In this document: positions 20,713 to 30,735 of the stretch, piece by piece | How the letters are laid out: each line of letters opens with the position of its first letter | How positions within the stretch are numbered: position 1 is the stretch's first letter | Origin: Candidatus Bathyarchaeota archaeon | GTDB taxonomy: Archaea; Thermoproteota; Bathyarchaeia; Bathyarchaeales; Bathycorpusculaceae | Direction of reading: 5' to 3' | NCBI GenBank assembly: GCA_963826715.1 | Contig: CAWGYA010000007.1 | Location: forward strand, 96,001 to 160,000 | DNA length: 64,000 nucleotides | The notes under the pieces: generated by a model | What the model saw: the letters and a program-made list of their open reading frames with translations, nothing else | Databases searched by the model: none | What the model was told of the DNA's origin: nothing | Program-made: the position numbers and the translations under genes

Positions 20713-21083
20713 GCGGTTTTCTCCTTAGGAAGTAAATCCCGAAAGTCTTGGATAGTCTTTACTCGGTCGAACAATACATTTGCGCCCCGATTCATATGTG
20801 CTCTAAATTGTGGAAAGAAATCCTGATCTAGATCTAAATTGTCCTTTAACATACGCTCTTTTAGCAAAGCAACAAAAAGCTTGTCCCATTCACCAATTAA
20901 GGTATACCGGTTTATTTCTTGCCCATCTTCGTCATAGTTAGCCGGGTTAGGGACAACAGGATCGCTAAGTGATAGACAGAATCCGATCCTACAAAGTATA
21001 TTGGGTGTTAAACCCGTTCGCCCTTTTAGCATAGATAACCGAGCGGTTGCTGATTTGCTTAATCTGAGTCTATAGAAACTCAC
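20709..21083 (-). CDS. dndE: DNA sulfur modification protein DndE
   Basis: LKGRTGLTPNILCRIGFCLSL...HMNRG. Confidence 0.9.
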   Translation of the reverse strand: MSFYRLRLSKSATARLSMLKGRTGLTPNILCRIGFCLSLSDPVVPNPANYDEDGQEINRYTLIGEWDKLFVALLKERMLKDNLDLDQDFFPQFRAHMNRGANVLFDRVKTIQDFRDLLPKEKTA

Positions 21084-23107
21084 TGTTGTGCCTCCGTATT
21101 TTTCCAGAAGTATCCTTCTCTAACGGTAGTTTTGCCCATTGGGGGATTGTATTCTAAGCTATACGCTTTTGAAATGTTAGGATACAGCAAATTGAAATAT
21201 GGTTGGTCTACTTCGGTATTAGTGGAAAAGATTATTATTTGATGGGAGGCATTCGCGAGAAAATTCTTTAGGACATTTCTCCTATGATCTATGTCAAGTC
21301 TTCCTAATGGCGTATCTATCATAAATGGTAGCTGTCTGCCAGAAGTTTTGGCAAGGGCCCAAATCATTGCCATTGCATAAATCTGCCGTTCTCCTGCGGA
21401 GAGCTCGCTTTTTGGAAGGGGATCGCCATGAGGTGTGAATAGCGTGATGTTAAAGTTTGTTATTGAAACAGTTGCATTACCAATCAAGTTGTCTTTTCCA
21501 ATTAGAAGGTTAAAACATTCAAGAAAGTTATCTTTAAACGCAGTTATTTTTTCGTTTCTTGTTTCCTGCAAATAATCTTCTATTACTTTTTGCGCTTTTA
21601 TCCCAAGTTGGATTTTTCTATTATGTTTGTCAAATTGGGTTTTTTCTTCCAGAAGCTTTTCTTGCTCATCTATGCTGATTTTTAGCTGTTTAGCGTTTGC
21701 TTCAATTACTTTTTCTATGTTTGCTTGGTTTTGTAATTCTCTTCCAAGTTCTTCATGCAGTTCGCCCAGCTTTATGAAATATGGTTTTAGTAGTTCATCG
21801 GAGGGGGCATTGGAAATATATCCATTGATTGTTTTTGCTTCAGATTCCAAGAATATTAACGAAGAGGTAAGTTCCTCTAACTTAAACGGCGCCCTACTTA
21901 ATGCGGTTTCAATCCATCGCAGGAGGTCACGTCTTTCAAGTGATGATATAGCGTGGATACTCTCTTTTGGACTACCATTCATTTGTTGTAGCCTATTTCT
22001 TAGAGTTTTAATTGCCTCACTCGCGACAAGTTCTTTCTCATCTTTTGATAATTTTAGGGCATCAAGAAATAGAGCATTGCTTATATCCTTCGTTAGGTCA
22101 TTTGCTGCCAAATTGAGGTAAGCAAGGGCTGCCTGCCTTTGTTGGACTTTTTCTTCATTCTTAAGTCGATTCTTAAGGGTAAGGCATAATTGAGGGGTAA
22201 ATGTAAAAGGAAGTAATTCGGCACATAAAGTGCGGATTTGTTCTTTTATCGTCTCAATTTTCCCCTCAAGTTCTTTTGCCTTTTGTTTATACTCTTCTCT
22301 TTGAGATGCAAAGCCTCCGCCAGCGGTAGAAATTGCTTGCTCTTGGCTTTCAATTTCAATGTTAATTCGAGAAATCTTGTTTTGGAGGTTGGCTTTGGTT
22401 TGTAGAAAAGAGTCTATTTCTGTTTCGATTATTTTTCTTTGTTTCTGAACCTCGAAAAGTTTACGTTCAAATTTTTCAGGGTCTCCCGCTGATTCTTTGG
22501 CTATGAATGTTTTAACGTCATATCTAAGGTCTTCAATCAGATCTAAACCTAATAGTGAGTTAATTGAGCCAATAATATGTTGATTTTCACCTTGACCACG
22601 AGATAGACTCTGGATTTTTTCACCATCAAATAAGAATAGCTTAGAAAGACCTGGCGGAATGAGCTCTATTAGGAAGTTCTGCCATTGTTCTTCATCTGCT
22701 TCTTTTAGAGCTTCATTGTTTTGAATAACAGCAAGTGTTTCTATAAGCAGGGTACCATTGTAGTTCCAAGTTCTTGTTACTTTGTAATTGTCGATCACGC
22801 CCAGCTTAGGATAGTCAAAGGTTAATGTTATTGAAGTCGTTGTCGCTTTGGTTCCATCAGGATTTCTATGGATACGAGCAACAATATGCTTATTGTATAA
22901 TGATTTTGGCATTTTTTGGCCTTTAAATGCATCACCATATAGACAAATTTTGAAGGCTTCAAGCAGAGTTGTTTTTCCACTACCATTTTTTCCGCCAAAA
23001 ATGATGATGGGTTGGCATCCATCGGATGATTTTTTGGGCATAAGATCAAAGGTTTGTTCTTCAGAAAATACGCCGAAATTTGCTATTTGAAGACTTTTGA
23101 ACCTTAT
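21080..23107 (-). CDS. dndD: DNA sulfur modification ATPase DndD (5' end extended to an ATA codon at 23107)
   Basis: (I)RFKSLQIANFGVF N-terminus; GKNGSGKTT, FLFDGEKI, LSAGERQ, IDTPLGRLD. Confidence 0.88.
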   Translation of the reverse strand: MRFKSLQIANFGVFSEEQTFDLMPKKSSDGCQPIIIFGGKNGSGKTTLLEAFKICLYGDAFKGQKMPKSLYNKHIVARIHRNPDGTKATTTSITLTFDYPKLGVIDNYKVTRTWNYNGTLLIETLAVIQNNEALKEADEEQWQNFLIELIPPGLSKLFLFDGEKIQSLSRGQGENQHIIGSINSLLGLDLIEDLRYDVKTFIAKESAGDPEKFERKLFEVQKQRKIIETEIDSFLQTKANLQNKISRINIEIESQEQAISTAGGGFASQREEYKQKAKELEGKIETIKEQIRTLCAELLPFTFTPQLCLTLKNRLKNEEKVQQRQAALAYLNLAANDLTKDISNALFLDALKLSKDEKELVASEAIKTLRNRLQQMNGSPKESIHAISSLERRDLLRWIETALSRAPFKLEELTSSLIFLESEAKTINGYISNAPSDELLKPYFIKLGELHEELGRELQNQANIEKVIEANAKQLKISIDEQEKLLEEKTQFDKHNRKIQLGIKAQKVIEDYLQETRNEKITAFKDNFLECFNLLIGKDNLIGNATVSITNFNITLFTPHGDPLPKSELSAGERQIYAMAMIWALAKTSGRQLPFMIDTPLGRLDIDHRRNVLKNFLANASHQIIIFSTNTEVDQPYFNLLYPNISKAYSLEYNPPMGKTTVREGYFWKNTEAQQ

Positions 23108-24538
23108 GCTGATTCCTCCAATCTCAAGCTTTCAGATCTCTTCTTTTCAAGAAGTACCTCTTCTTCGCTTCGCCATTCTGCCGAAAATACTTGGTTTATT
23201 TTCTTGTGAATTGATGCTCTTCGGGTCATTCCTTTTGATTGAATAGCTGCATCCAGTAGTTTCATAACCAGTCTTAGCGGAACGTCATTTTTTATACATA
23301 TTTCCTGTAACCTAATCTTATCTTTTAATGAGAACCCAATGTCGTCATGTATCCACTCAAGTTCTTTACCGGTTATTTCTTGGTATATTTTTGGCACTGA
23401 GTCTTCCCAATCGCTCTCTTTGGAGAGCCATAAGCGTCTGATTTCGAAAAGTTCCTTATGTGAGACTAAACATACGCTATGTTTCGAGTTATCTATGCAG
23501 ATTTGAGCCTTGAGTAAGGTGGCTAAAAGCTGTTTGCGGAAGTCAAGGGTATAGGGACCTCTTGTAATAGTCCCTGAACCATCAGATTTAAACCACACTC
23601 TACCATCCTTTCGTTTATAATCTCTATAAATATGCTTATTCCAAGGATCTTGTGTTTTAACTAGAAGATCATGTATGTCTAGCAGCGGTTGCAACCATGT
23701 TTCTCCTGCATCAATGAGAGCACTTAATGATTTGTCCTCGTTGACTAAGGTACAGACCCAGCATCCGAATCGGCTATTGCCGCAGGTAGGTGTTGTTTCA
23801 TCGACGACTAAGGGGCACTCTCCTTGCGCAGTTTTGTATAATGCGACGAGGTCTCGATTTTCGTTCCCCCATGGTGATGGAACTTGGAGGAGATATGACC
23901 AAACATCATTTACGCTCCATTCCTTGATTGGTGTATAGACGAATGCGCCTGAGAAGGTTGAATGCCTTGACAAGAGACTATTGGGTATCTCATAGAGACT
24001 AATTACTTGAGCACGTGTCGCACTCTCTTGGCGACGCACACCTAAAATTAATACTACTTCGCCATGTTTTGAAAGATGTTCGGTTATGAATCTATTTGAG
24101 GGGTTTATTTTTAGACGTTCTGTGCACCATCTAAATCTCTGTGATGGAGCTGGGTATCCTTTTCCAAGTAAATTAACCCAAAAGCTATCAGCTATAACCG
24201 GTTTCAATCTATGAGTTATTATGGGTAAATTAAGCTCTTTTGCTTTAGTAGCTACTCTATTGAGACTATTATTAACTATATCTACCATGACAGGTGTTTC
24301 AACTAAAGTGTCTGTAGCAATTACATGGATTGGTTTGCTTCGTTTTTCAGGTGGCAATTCAGAAATGGCATAAAAGATTAATTGGAGAACAAGTTGTGGA
24401 GTCTTTACCTCCACTATAACCTAACACCCAAGGCCGCTGATCTGAGTGATAGACTTGTTGGATTTCTGTATAGATATCCCGCAGACTACGTTTATCAAAT
24501 ATAGACGGTTCTACTGTTTGATCACTATTTTCAGCCAT
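23104..24538 (-). pseudogene. dndC: dndC with a frameshift just after the PP-loop (or an assembly error)
   Basis: ATG at 24538 reads ...RPWVLGYSGGKDST, then an extra A near 24394; remainder LVLQL...GYPAP...RWCT...SRFGCWVCT in another frame. Confidence 0.85.
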
Positions 24539-24540
24539 GT

Positions 24541-25692
24541 TTAGTTACCTCGACTTTCCTCTGCGAAATCTTGCTCTAAGGTTTGTTCAGCTTCGCTTAA
24601 GCTTAAACATAAGATCTTCTTGATTGCTATAGAGACAAGCGCCGTATTTTTTGTAGACGCAGTAATAGTACCCGAATTAATAATGCGTCCTGCCCATAAA
24701 CCGTTGGATCTAGACCAATCGACTTTTTCTAAGAGGCTCAACCGCTCTCGCCAATCATGAGGATGCTCATCAAGTAAGGTTTTTCCAGAAATACCTAGAG
24801 CCTGAAGCATAATACCATGAACGTCAACATAGTTTTTCCTGAGTTCACTTGCTGGAGCCTTCCCCGCCTTGACAAGCAACCAGTGCTCCATGTGTTTTGA
24901 AACCTCTGTCCAATATTGGATGGCTTTAGTTTCGTCTTTTTCAGCAATGCGACCAAAATTTTGCCCTATACCTAATAAGTACCTAGTGGCTTGGTAAAGA
25001 CTACTGAGTGTAAACAGTTTTAGGGACCTGTTAGATATTGAGCTTTTTTCAAATTCTATTTTGTCAACGAATACTGGGACTAAATCAGCGATCTTTTTGG
25101 TCAAACGAGATAGAGATTCCCTATGATTGTAAAGAATTGAAAGAGACATTGTGGGTCGCAGAGCGTGTTTATTTAGATCAGAGAACATTTGCTGACTCCT
25201 TTTTAAGCCACCGTCAACAAAGAAAACAACAGATATATGCTCTGAACCTAATTGGGGCATTTGCTTTAACGCTTCCTCAATCGCGGCTTTTCTATGTTGA
25301 CCATCATTTATCAAAAATCTTGCAGATTGAGGAATTATCAAGTGACCTACCTTGCTAGCAGCACCACTTTTACTAAAGGGAACAAATTCAACGCGACAGT
25401 CGACTGAAGCCGTAATAGAAGAGAAGACATAGTTTTTTGGGTCCTCGAGAATATAGCGGCTGATGGCCGGAATCCTTGAGCGATTCAATTGTCGTTGCGC
25501 CCTATTAGTCGAAGGTAACTCTTTTTCATCAAACAAAAACAATTTAGGAATGAAACTGAGCTGGACCATTACTGAATAGTATTCTCGACCAGCTTGTATT
25601 CCCCTTAGGGCCATAAAAGTGTAATTATTAGATTCACAAGATTCAACGCTACCCAATAGATCATTTATTTGCCCCTCAGTCATTCGCTTCAC
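24541..25692 (-). CDS. dndB: DNA sulfur modification regulator DndB
   Basis: RGIQAGREYY, RAQRQLN, INDGQHR, QQMFSDLN. Confidence 0.92.
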   Translation of the reverse strand: MKRMTEGQINDLLGSVESCESNNYTFMALRGIQAGREYYSVMVQLSFIPKLFLFDEKELPSTNRAQRQLNRSRIPAISRYILEDPKNYVFSSITASVDCRVEFVPFSKSGAASKVGHLIIPQSARFLINDGQHRKAAIEEALKQMPQLGSEHISVVFFVDGGLKRSQQMFSDLNKHALRPTMSLSILYNHRESLSRLTKKIADLVPVFVDKIEFEKSSISNRSLKLFTLSSLYQATRYLLGIGQNFGRIAEKDETKAIQYWTEVSKHMEHWLLVKAGKAPASELRKNYVDVHGIMLQALGISGKTLLDEHPHDWRERLSLLEKVDWSRSNGLWAGRIINSGTITASTKNTALVSIAIKKILCLSLSEAEQTLEQDFAEESRGN

Positions 25693-25868
25693 AGTCTGCT
25701 TATCTATCGAAGGAAGTTAAAAGCTTTATGCAACTTCCAGAACAATATTATAAACTTCCATCTAAACCTGAAAAATAGGTTAAATTGTCAAAAAGAGCAC
25801 AAATTAAGCGAATTTCTGAGAGAGACTCAACAACCTAAAGATGTCACCTTTATCTGGCGACATAATAG

Positions 25869-26588
25869 TTGAACAATCTTTTTGAGCGTTTTGTGCATTT
25901 CCAGACTGCCGTAGACAGGCTTGAATTGACATGTGAGAAAAATAAAAGAGTTTATGCAGAAAGTCACAAGTTAAATATAATTAACTTCAACCGAATTATT
26001 GAAGTTAGAGACTTAAAAATAGTGCAAAATAACATGTTTGACACAGCGAAGTCGTCGGCAGCGGAATCCCCGCTCAATAAAGAGTTAACTTACGCTAAGA
26101 AGACAATAAAAGCCCTGGAATTGATGGACCCTCAACTATCAGACAATGCATGCATTGTTCACGGAAAAAAACATGCCTGGATACGGATTAAGACCTGCCT
26201 AAAAAAGACGAATTTCTATCTATTTATGGAAAATGGTGCAATTTGCGTTGACTTATATATTGGCGGCAGGGGCAAAAAAGAAGCTAACCAATTAGTTTTC
26301 GACCGATTCTTTGCAAGAAAAACTGAGATTGAAAGTTTGTTTGATAAACCGATTTCTTGGGTAAGAAAACATCCGAAGTCTTCGCAGGCATCCAGAATCA
26401 TTATCCGAAACACCGATTTTCTGGATAACGATTTTTCAAACTCCAAACAAGCATTAACCTGGGCAGTAGACAACCTCATAAAGCTATACCAAGCTCTCTC
26501 ACCACAGTTATGTGAGATTCTTGAAAAGTATAACCAGGTGAAAAAGCAATCAAATCCTCTCCAAAGAAATAAAATAAAAGAGACCTAA
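25869..26588 (+). CDS. DUF4268-like protein
   Basis: FDRFFARKTEIESLFDKPISW...ASRI motif. Confidence 0.6.
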   Translation: MNNLFERFVHFQTAVDRLELTCEKNKRVYAESHKLNIINFNRIIEVRDLKIVQNNMFDTAKSSAAESPLNKELTYAKKTIKALELMDPQLSDNACIVHGKKHAWIRIKTCLKKTNFYLFMENGAICVDLYIGGRGKKEANQLVFDRFFARKTEIESLFDKPISWVRKHPKSSQASRIIIRNTDFLDNDFSNSKQALTWAVDNLIKLYQALSPQLCEILEKYNQVKKQSNPLQRNKIKET

Positions 26589-26743
26589 ACAGAAGTCTCA
26601 AAAATAACATGCAGTATAAATAATTGTGGCATTTAGCTGTGCCCGGGTCGCCGATTGGAGGTTTTTGCTATCTGGCGCGAGAAATACAGAGAAAAAAATT
26701 TTCCCCATGGGTAATTTTGGTTTGGGGTGTTCCTAGACGGCGG

Positions 26744-28192
26744 TTAGGTTGTTTGTCTACACCAAAACAGGTAAACTTTTGTTTGAGATAGCATTGCAAG
26801 AATCTTAATCAATCTGCCAATTTTCAAGTTATCCGCAGTTTGCATGGATGCCAGATATTCGGATGTTTTTCCATATGGGTTGTGTCGGCTAGGCGCCACT
26901 TCTTTTTTAAAGCGTGGATGTTTGCTTGCCATGAAGGCTGTTTTGAGTTCTCTTATTTGTTGCTCAGTTAAGTTTTCGAGTTTTGATTGTACATAGCGCT
27001 GGCTGCCAATAAGCTGTAAGTTAAACCCAAGGTGTTGCAGTGTATTAGTAATTCCCTTAAATCCTTCAACAGATTGCTGTTCCATAACCTTTCGCATTCC
27101 TGCCTTCTCTGCAAAAGGCGAATATTTTGCCATTACAGCAATCAACTCAACGTATGGGGTGCCAGCTTGGGGTAGTGTATCACGGATTATTTTCTCTCCA
27201 AGACCTATTGTCCGGTATTTGGGGTGGATTACAATACGGTTTATGGTACTGAGTTTCTGGTTTATTTCTGCCATTGTCATCCTTGGAAGCACAAGACGTC
27301 TTCCATAGCAGGCAGGAGGGGGATAAGTATAGACTATTACACCACAGAGCTCATCACCCCTGGCCATTCTGAAGATTTTTCGGGGAACAGAGACTCCGTG
27401 TCCTCGATAGTGGAAAGCGCTTAGTTTTTTCCAGTCTTCTTTTGTTCCCTGCTCTATTTTCATTTCCTTGGTTAAGCTGCATTCAGGCGCTGGGTTGTTT
27501 GGGTAATAGTTAATTCTGATTTCTTCGCCAAACCTTTTGTTGACAAGTACGCTGGGTTTTAGGTCATCTTGTAAGTCGCTATGGGTTGTGGCTGCTATAA
27601 CGGCTTTACCCTGCTGGCGGGCAAGCTTTTGTAAGTTGTAAGCAATTATTTTTGCGGTGTCTCGATCTAGGCAGGCAGCGAACTCATCCATCAACCACCA
27701 GTGCCGCTGCTTACCAGATTCGATGAGTTTTGCGATTCTGTAACGGTACTTTTGGCCGTCGCTGAGTTGACTGTAGGTACGTAGGAAGAGGAAAGCGTCG
27801 TTTAAGCCCACTTTGCTAAGAAGCTCCAATCCTTGCTCAACTGTGGCACCTACGGTTTCAATTAACGGTTTCTCTGGATCTACTTCAACATCTGATAGAT
27901 CGATGGCTTCTTCGCCAAGGTCAGCCCTTATTGCTCGTAGCAAGACGCTTTTGCCGCTGCCGCTGTCCCCTGTGATGTAGACGATGTCTTGTGGTCCAAT
28001 CTTTAGTTCCGCATCCAACACCTTGAACTTCTGCGTCTCATCGATTCCTAACCCGAAGGCTTCAGCTACAACAAGACTTCTTGGCGTGGGCTTGGTATGT
28101 GTTTCATAGCTGATGTTAAACGTGAACTTGCCTTCAGCCCTATCGTAGACTCGTCGGAATTGCGTTATGCGTAAGTCTCTTTGTCTTCTCAT
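26744..28192 (-). CDS. ABC-type ATPase fused to GNAT (Mom-like) acetyltransferase
   Basis: GDSGSGKS, LSDGQKYR, MDEF; FHY, INRIVIHPKYRTIGLG; no TM partner; follows terL. Confidence 0.82.
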   Translation of the reverse strand: MRRQRDLRITQFRRVYDRAEGKFTFNISYETHTKPTPRSLVVAEAFGLGIDETQKFKVLDAELKIGPQDIVYITGDSGSGKSVLLRAIRADLGEEAIDLSDVEVDPEKPLIETVGATVEQGLELLSKVGLNDAFLFLRTYSQLSDGQKYRYRIAKLIESGKQRHWWLMDEFAACLDRDTAKIIAYNLQKLARQQGKAVIAATTHSDLQDDLKPSVLVNKRFGEEIRINYYPNNPAPECSLTKEMKIEQGTKEDWKKLSAFHYRGHGVSVPRKIFRMARGDELCGVIVYTYPPPACYGRRLVLPRMTMAEINQKLSTINRIVIHPKYRTIGLGEKIIRDTLPQAGTPYVELIAVMAKYSPFAEKAGMRKVMEQQSVEGFKGITNTLQHLGFNLQLIGSQRYVQSKLENLTEQQIRELKTAFMASKHPRFKKEVAPSRHNPYGKTSEYLASMQTADNLKIGRLIKILAMLSQTKVYLFWCRQTT

Positions 28193-28199
28193 TCCATCG

Positions 28200-29648
28200 T
28201 TACCTCGGGATTACTGCTAAGAACGGTTCAGGCTCCATTTGGACTGTGGCAAACACGGCTAGCGCTATGCTCCAAAAAACGTCGTCATGCGTTCCGTTTG
28301 GGTGCGAGTATCCTATAGCGCCATCTTTGCGCAAGTCATAACGCTCAACGTTTAGTTCTGTGCATATGTCGCCTCGGTATGGGCGTTCCCAATTCAGCAG
28401 TGGATAGACGAACTGTTTGTTCATCATACGCTGCTTAAGCAGGCTTGCCATCTCGCTTTTTCGGGGCACACTAAAGTTTACTCCTTCAGCGTTTTCTATT
28501 CCTGCATTTTGCATATCGGCAATAATGGACGGTCCTTCCCGGGTGAAGTCAATTCGTATCTTTTGGAATCCACCCCACCGATCCTGCAACGCCTTCAAAT
28601 AACCAAGAACCTGAGCATACAATGTCGGCTGCTGAAAAATCTTCAAATGCCTAAGAAACAGCCTATCATTTAGTCGCTCAATAACCGAGAGGACGCAGTA
28701 ATCTCTTGTTTGCGCTAAGTCAAGCCCCGCGAAGAAATCGCCCTCAAATGTCGCCTCAGGATTGAACTCTTGCAGGTCCTCGCCACAGTTTTTGGTTGTA
28801 CCAATGCAGCTGACAATAAGTGACTGGGCAAGCCAGGTGTCTTCATCCTCCGCCCACTCAGCCTCCATTTCCCGACGCCAACGCTGCGGATCATCCCCAA
28901 ACTGCCGCTTAATCTTCTCCACAATCGCCAACTTAAGCGGACCATCAGGCTCCAACGCATCACTCCAACGCACATGCGAGCGGGCAAAATCCTGGTAGTC
29001 TTTGTGGTTACACATCTTCCAAAACAACGAATCAGAATTCCAAGGCGTAGACGTCGCAATCAACTTACCATTAGTAGTACCCAAAGTAAACAAAATAGCA
29101 TCATAGAGTTCCTCATCGTTAGGCACGAAATTAGCTTCTTCAATCCAGATCACTTTGAAGGTGGGACCTCTGATGGTGTCGGGATTGTTTGGGAAAGCTT
29201 CAATCATGCTCCCGTTTGGCAAACTAATCCTTGTCTTCTGCACATGCAAGCCTGGCTGCTGGGGAAGCTTTCGACAAAAACCACCCATACGCCTTATGTT
29301 TAATTTAGTTTGACGCCAGCTAGGCCCCACAATCGCAATGTAACTGTCGGGATGCTCCCAAGCATACTTGAGAAGCAAAGCAGAAACCGAAAAACTCTTC
29401 CCCGTCTGACGCGACCAACGCACAGCAGTAAACTGGTTACTCTCAAACATGTCCGCAAGCTCCAGCTGATAGCGATAGGGTGCAAAACCGAAAACCTGCT
29501 TACAAAACCCACTAAAGTCATTTTGTAACGCTTCTACTTGAGTCTGCTTTTTAGCCTCATGAGCCGTTGCCAACTGCTGGACACGTTCCATTTTGGCTTT
29601 AGCTTGGTTTATCCTCAGTGTCCGAGGGTTTTTTCTCCAAAGAACCAT
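28200..29648 (-). CDS. terL: Terminase large subunit
   Basis: WSRQTGKS, IWIEEA, STP, AGLDLA, HDDVFWSIALA. Confidence 0.93.
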   Translation of the reverse strand: MVLWRKNPRTLRINQAKAKMERVQQLATAHEAKKQTQVEALQNDFSGFCKQVFGFAPYRYQLELADMFESNQFTAVRWSRQTGKSFSVSALLLKYAWEHPDSYIAIVGPSWRQTKLNIRRMGGFCRKLPQQPGLHVQKTRISLPNGSMIEAFPNNPDTIRGPTFKVIWIEEANFVPNDEELYDAILFTLGTTNGKLIATSTPWNSDSLFWKMCNHKDYQDFARSHVRWSDALEPDGPLKLAIVEKIKRQFGDDPQRWRREMEAEWAEDEDTWLAQSLIVSCIGTTKNCGEDLQEFNPEATFEGDFFAGLDLAQTRDYCVLSVIERLNDRLFLRHLKIFQQPTLYAQVLGYLKALQDRWGGFQKIRIDFTREGPSIIADMQNAGIENAEGVNFSVPRKSEMASLLKQRMMNKQFVYPLLNWERPYRGDICTELNVERYDLRKDGAIGYSHPNGTHDDVFWSIALAVFATVQMEPEPFLAVIPR

Positions 29649-30066
29649 AATCAGCCTCCAATTTGTCTAAACGCTCTTCAATTCCCCGATAATCCAAGTA
29701 CTCAGCAAAAGCATCCTTGTAGGTCTTAGCTAAAGTGGCTACAACCTGTAAACGCTGAACCTCATCCTTGCTTAGCCCAGCTTCAGCACTCTTCAATAGA
29801 GCAGCCGCCAAAATCTGCAGCGTCTCCTCAACGTTAGGCATGTTAACAGGGAGAACAAGTTTAGAAGAAGAAAAAATCGTCTTTTTCCCAGAAACAGCTA
29901 TTTTTTCTTCTTTCACTATCTTAAGTTTAAGGTCAAACAGCTTCTGCGTGATAGCATCATGCGTTTTAACCATGATTTTGCAGATAGATTCAACGCTTTC
30001 GCCTTCCTCTACTAGCTGTCGAAGTTGACGCTCTTCATCTATATCCCATGGTCTACCCTTCGTCAT
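29599..30066 (-). CDS. Probable terminase small subunit (HTH)
   Basis: WDIDEERQLRQL HTH; overlaps terL. Confidence 0.55.
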   Translation of the reverse strand: MTKGRPWDIDEERQLRQLVEEGESVESICKIMVKTHDAITQKLFDLKLKIVKEEKIAVSGKKTIFSSSKLVLPVNMPNVEETLQILAAALLKSAEAGLSKDEVQRLQVVATLAKTYKDAFAEYLDYRGIEERLDKLEADYGSLEKKPSDTEDKPS

Positions 30067-30305
30067 GTTTTCTGCCCCACAAACAACCCAACAACAGTCC
30101 CACTCAAGCCGGTAATTGACGCGAAAATCTCAGCATTCCACGTATGAAAGAAAACCATATGAGCCAATTCAAGAGCGGACATAAAAGTCGTCATAGCAAT
30201 AGCAAATTTAACACCCAAAACCAACTTTTCGTTTGGTTCCTCAACTATCAGGCGCCCCCGCTGCAGTCGTCTTCTTGTCAGAGCACGTTTAATTGGGTCT
30301 GCCAT
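30063..30305 (-). CDS. 2-TM membrane protein (holin-like)
   Basis: Two TM helices, late operon. Confidence 0.45.
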   Translation of the reverse strand: MADPIKRALTRRRLQRGRLIVEEPNEKLVLGVKFAIAMTTFMSALELAHMVFFHTWNAEIFASITGLSGTVVGLFVGQKT

Positions 30306-30735
30306 CGATACTTAGCCTCTTTTGAAACAGTGTATTGCAGAAAGTTCTTGGACGATTAAACGCCCTATGTCCACCGAGCATGAAACTATTAACCAGCTTG
30401 CCCGCAGCCTCTTTGGGTATGTGTTCTTTAACTAACACTGAGACATCAACTGCCCAGCTAAGCGGAATAGCAGTGTAATCCAAATCAAAAAGACCATCAG
30501 CATAGCGGAAGCTGTTTTGAGCCAGTACTATGTGCTTAATTTTGTCGCCGATTAGACCAACGTATATGCCCCAGCTTTGTACTGGAACATCTATTGCCAT
30601 TCCTGAACCGCTGCTTTTACCAACAGAGGCATCACACCAGCTGCAACAGATTAAATCCCCCGGGCATAAACTCTCAAGTGCACTTCGCAAACTGCTCTTC
30701 ATTTCTCTACCTCGCCACCTTATACCTGTTAACAT
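30289..30735 (-). CDS. Hypothetical viral protein (possible Sm/SH3-like barrel)
   Basis: GDLICCSWCDAS...SWGIYVG...HIVLA. Confidence 0.55.
   Translation of the reverse strand: MLTGIRWRGREMKSSLRSALESLCPGDLICCSWCDASVGKSSGSGMAIDVPVQSWGIYVGLIGDKIKHIVLAQNSFRYADGLFDLDYTAIPLSWAVDVSVLVKEHIPKEAAGKLVNSFMLGGHRAFNRPRTFCNTLFQKRLSIDGRPN

Noticed and set aside
15899-22121. Long antisense ORFs over pbeC and dndD
   Set aside because: Shadow frames of coiled-coil coding regions.
26744-28192. ABC transporter
   Set aside because: No permease or binding protein nearby; fused to GNAT in a viral context. The same applies to 59169.
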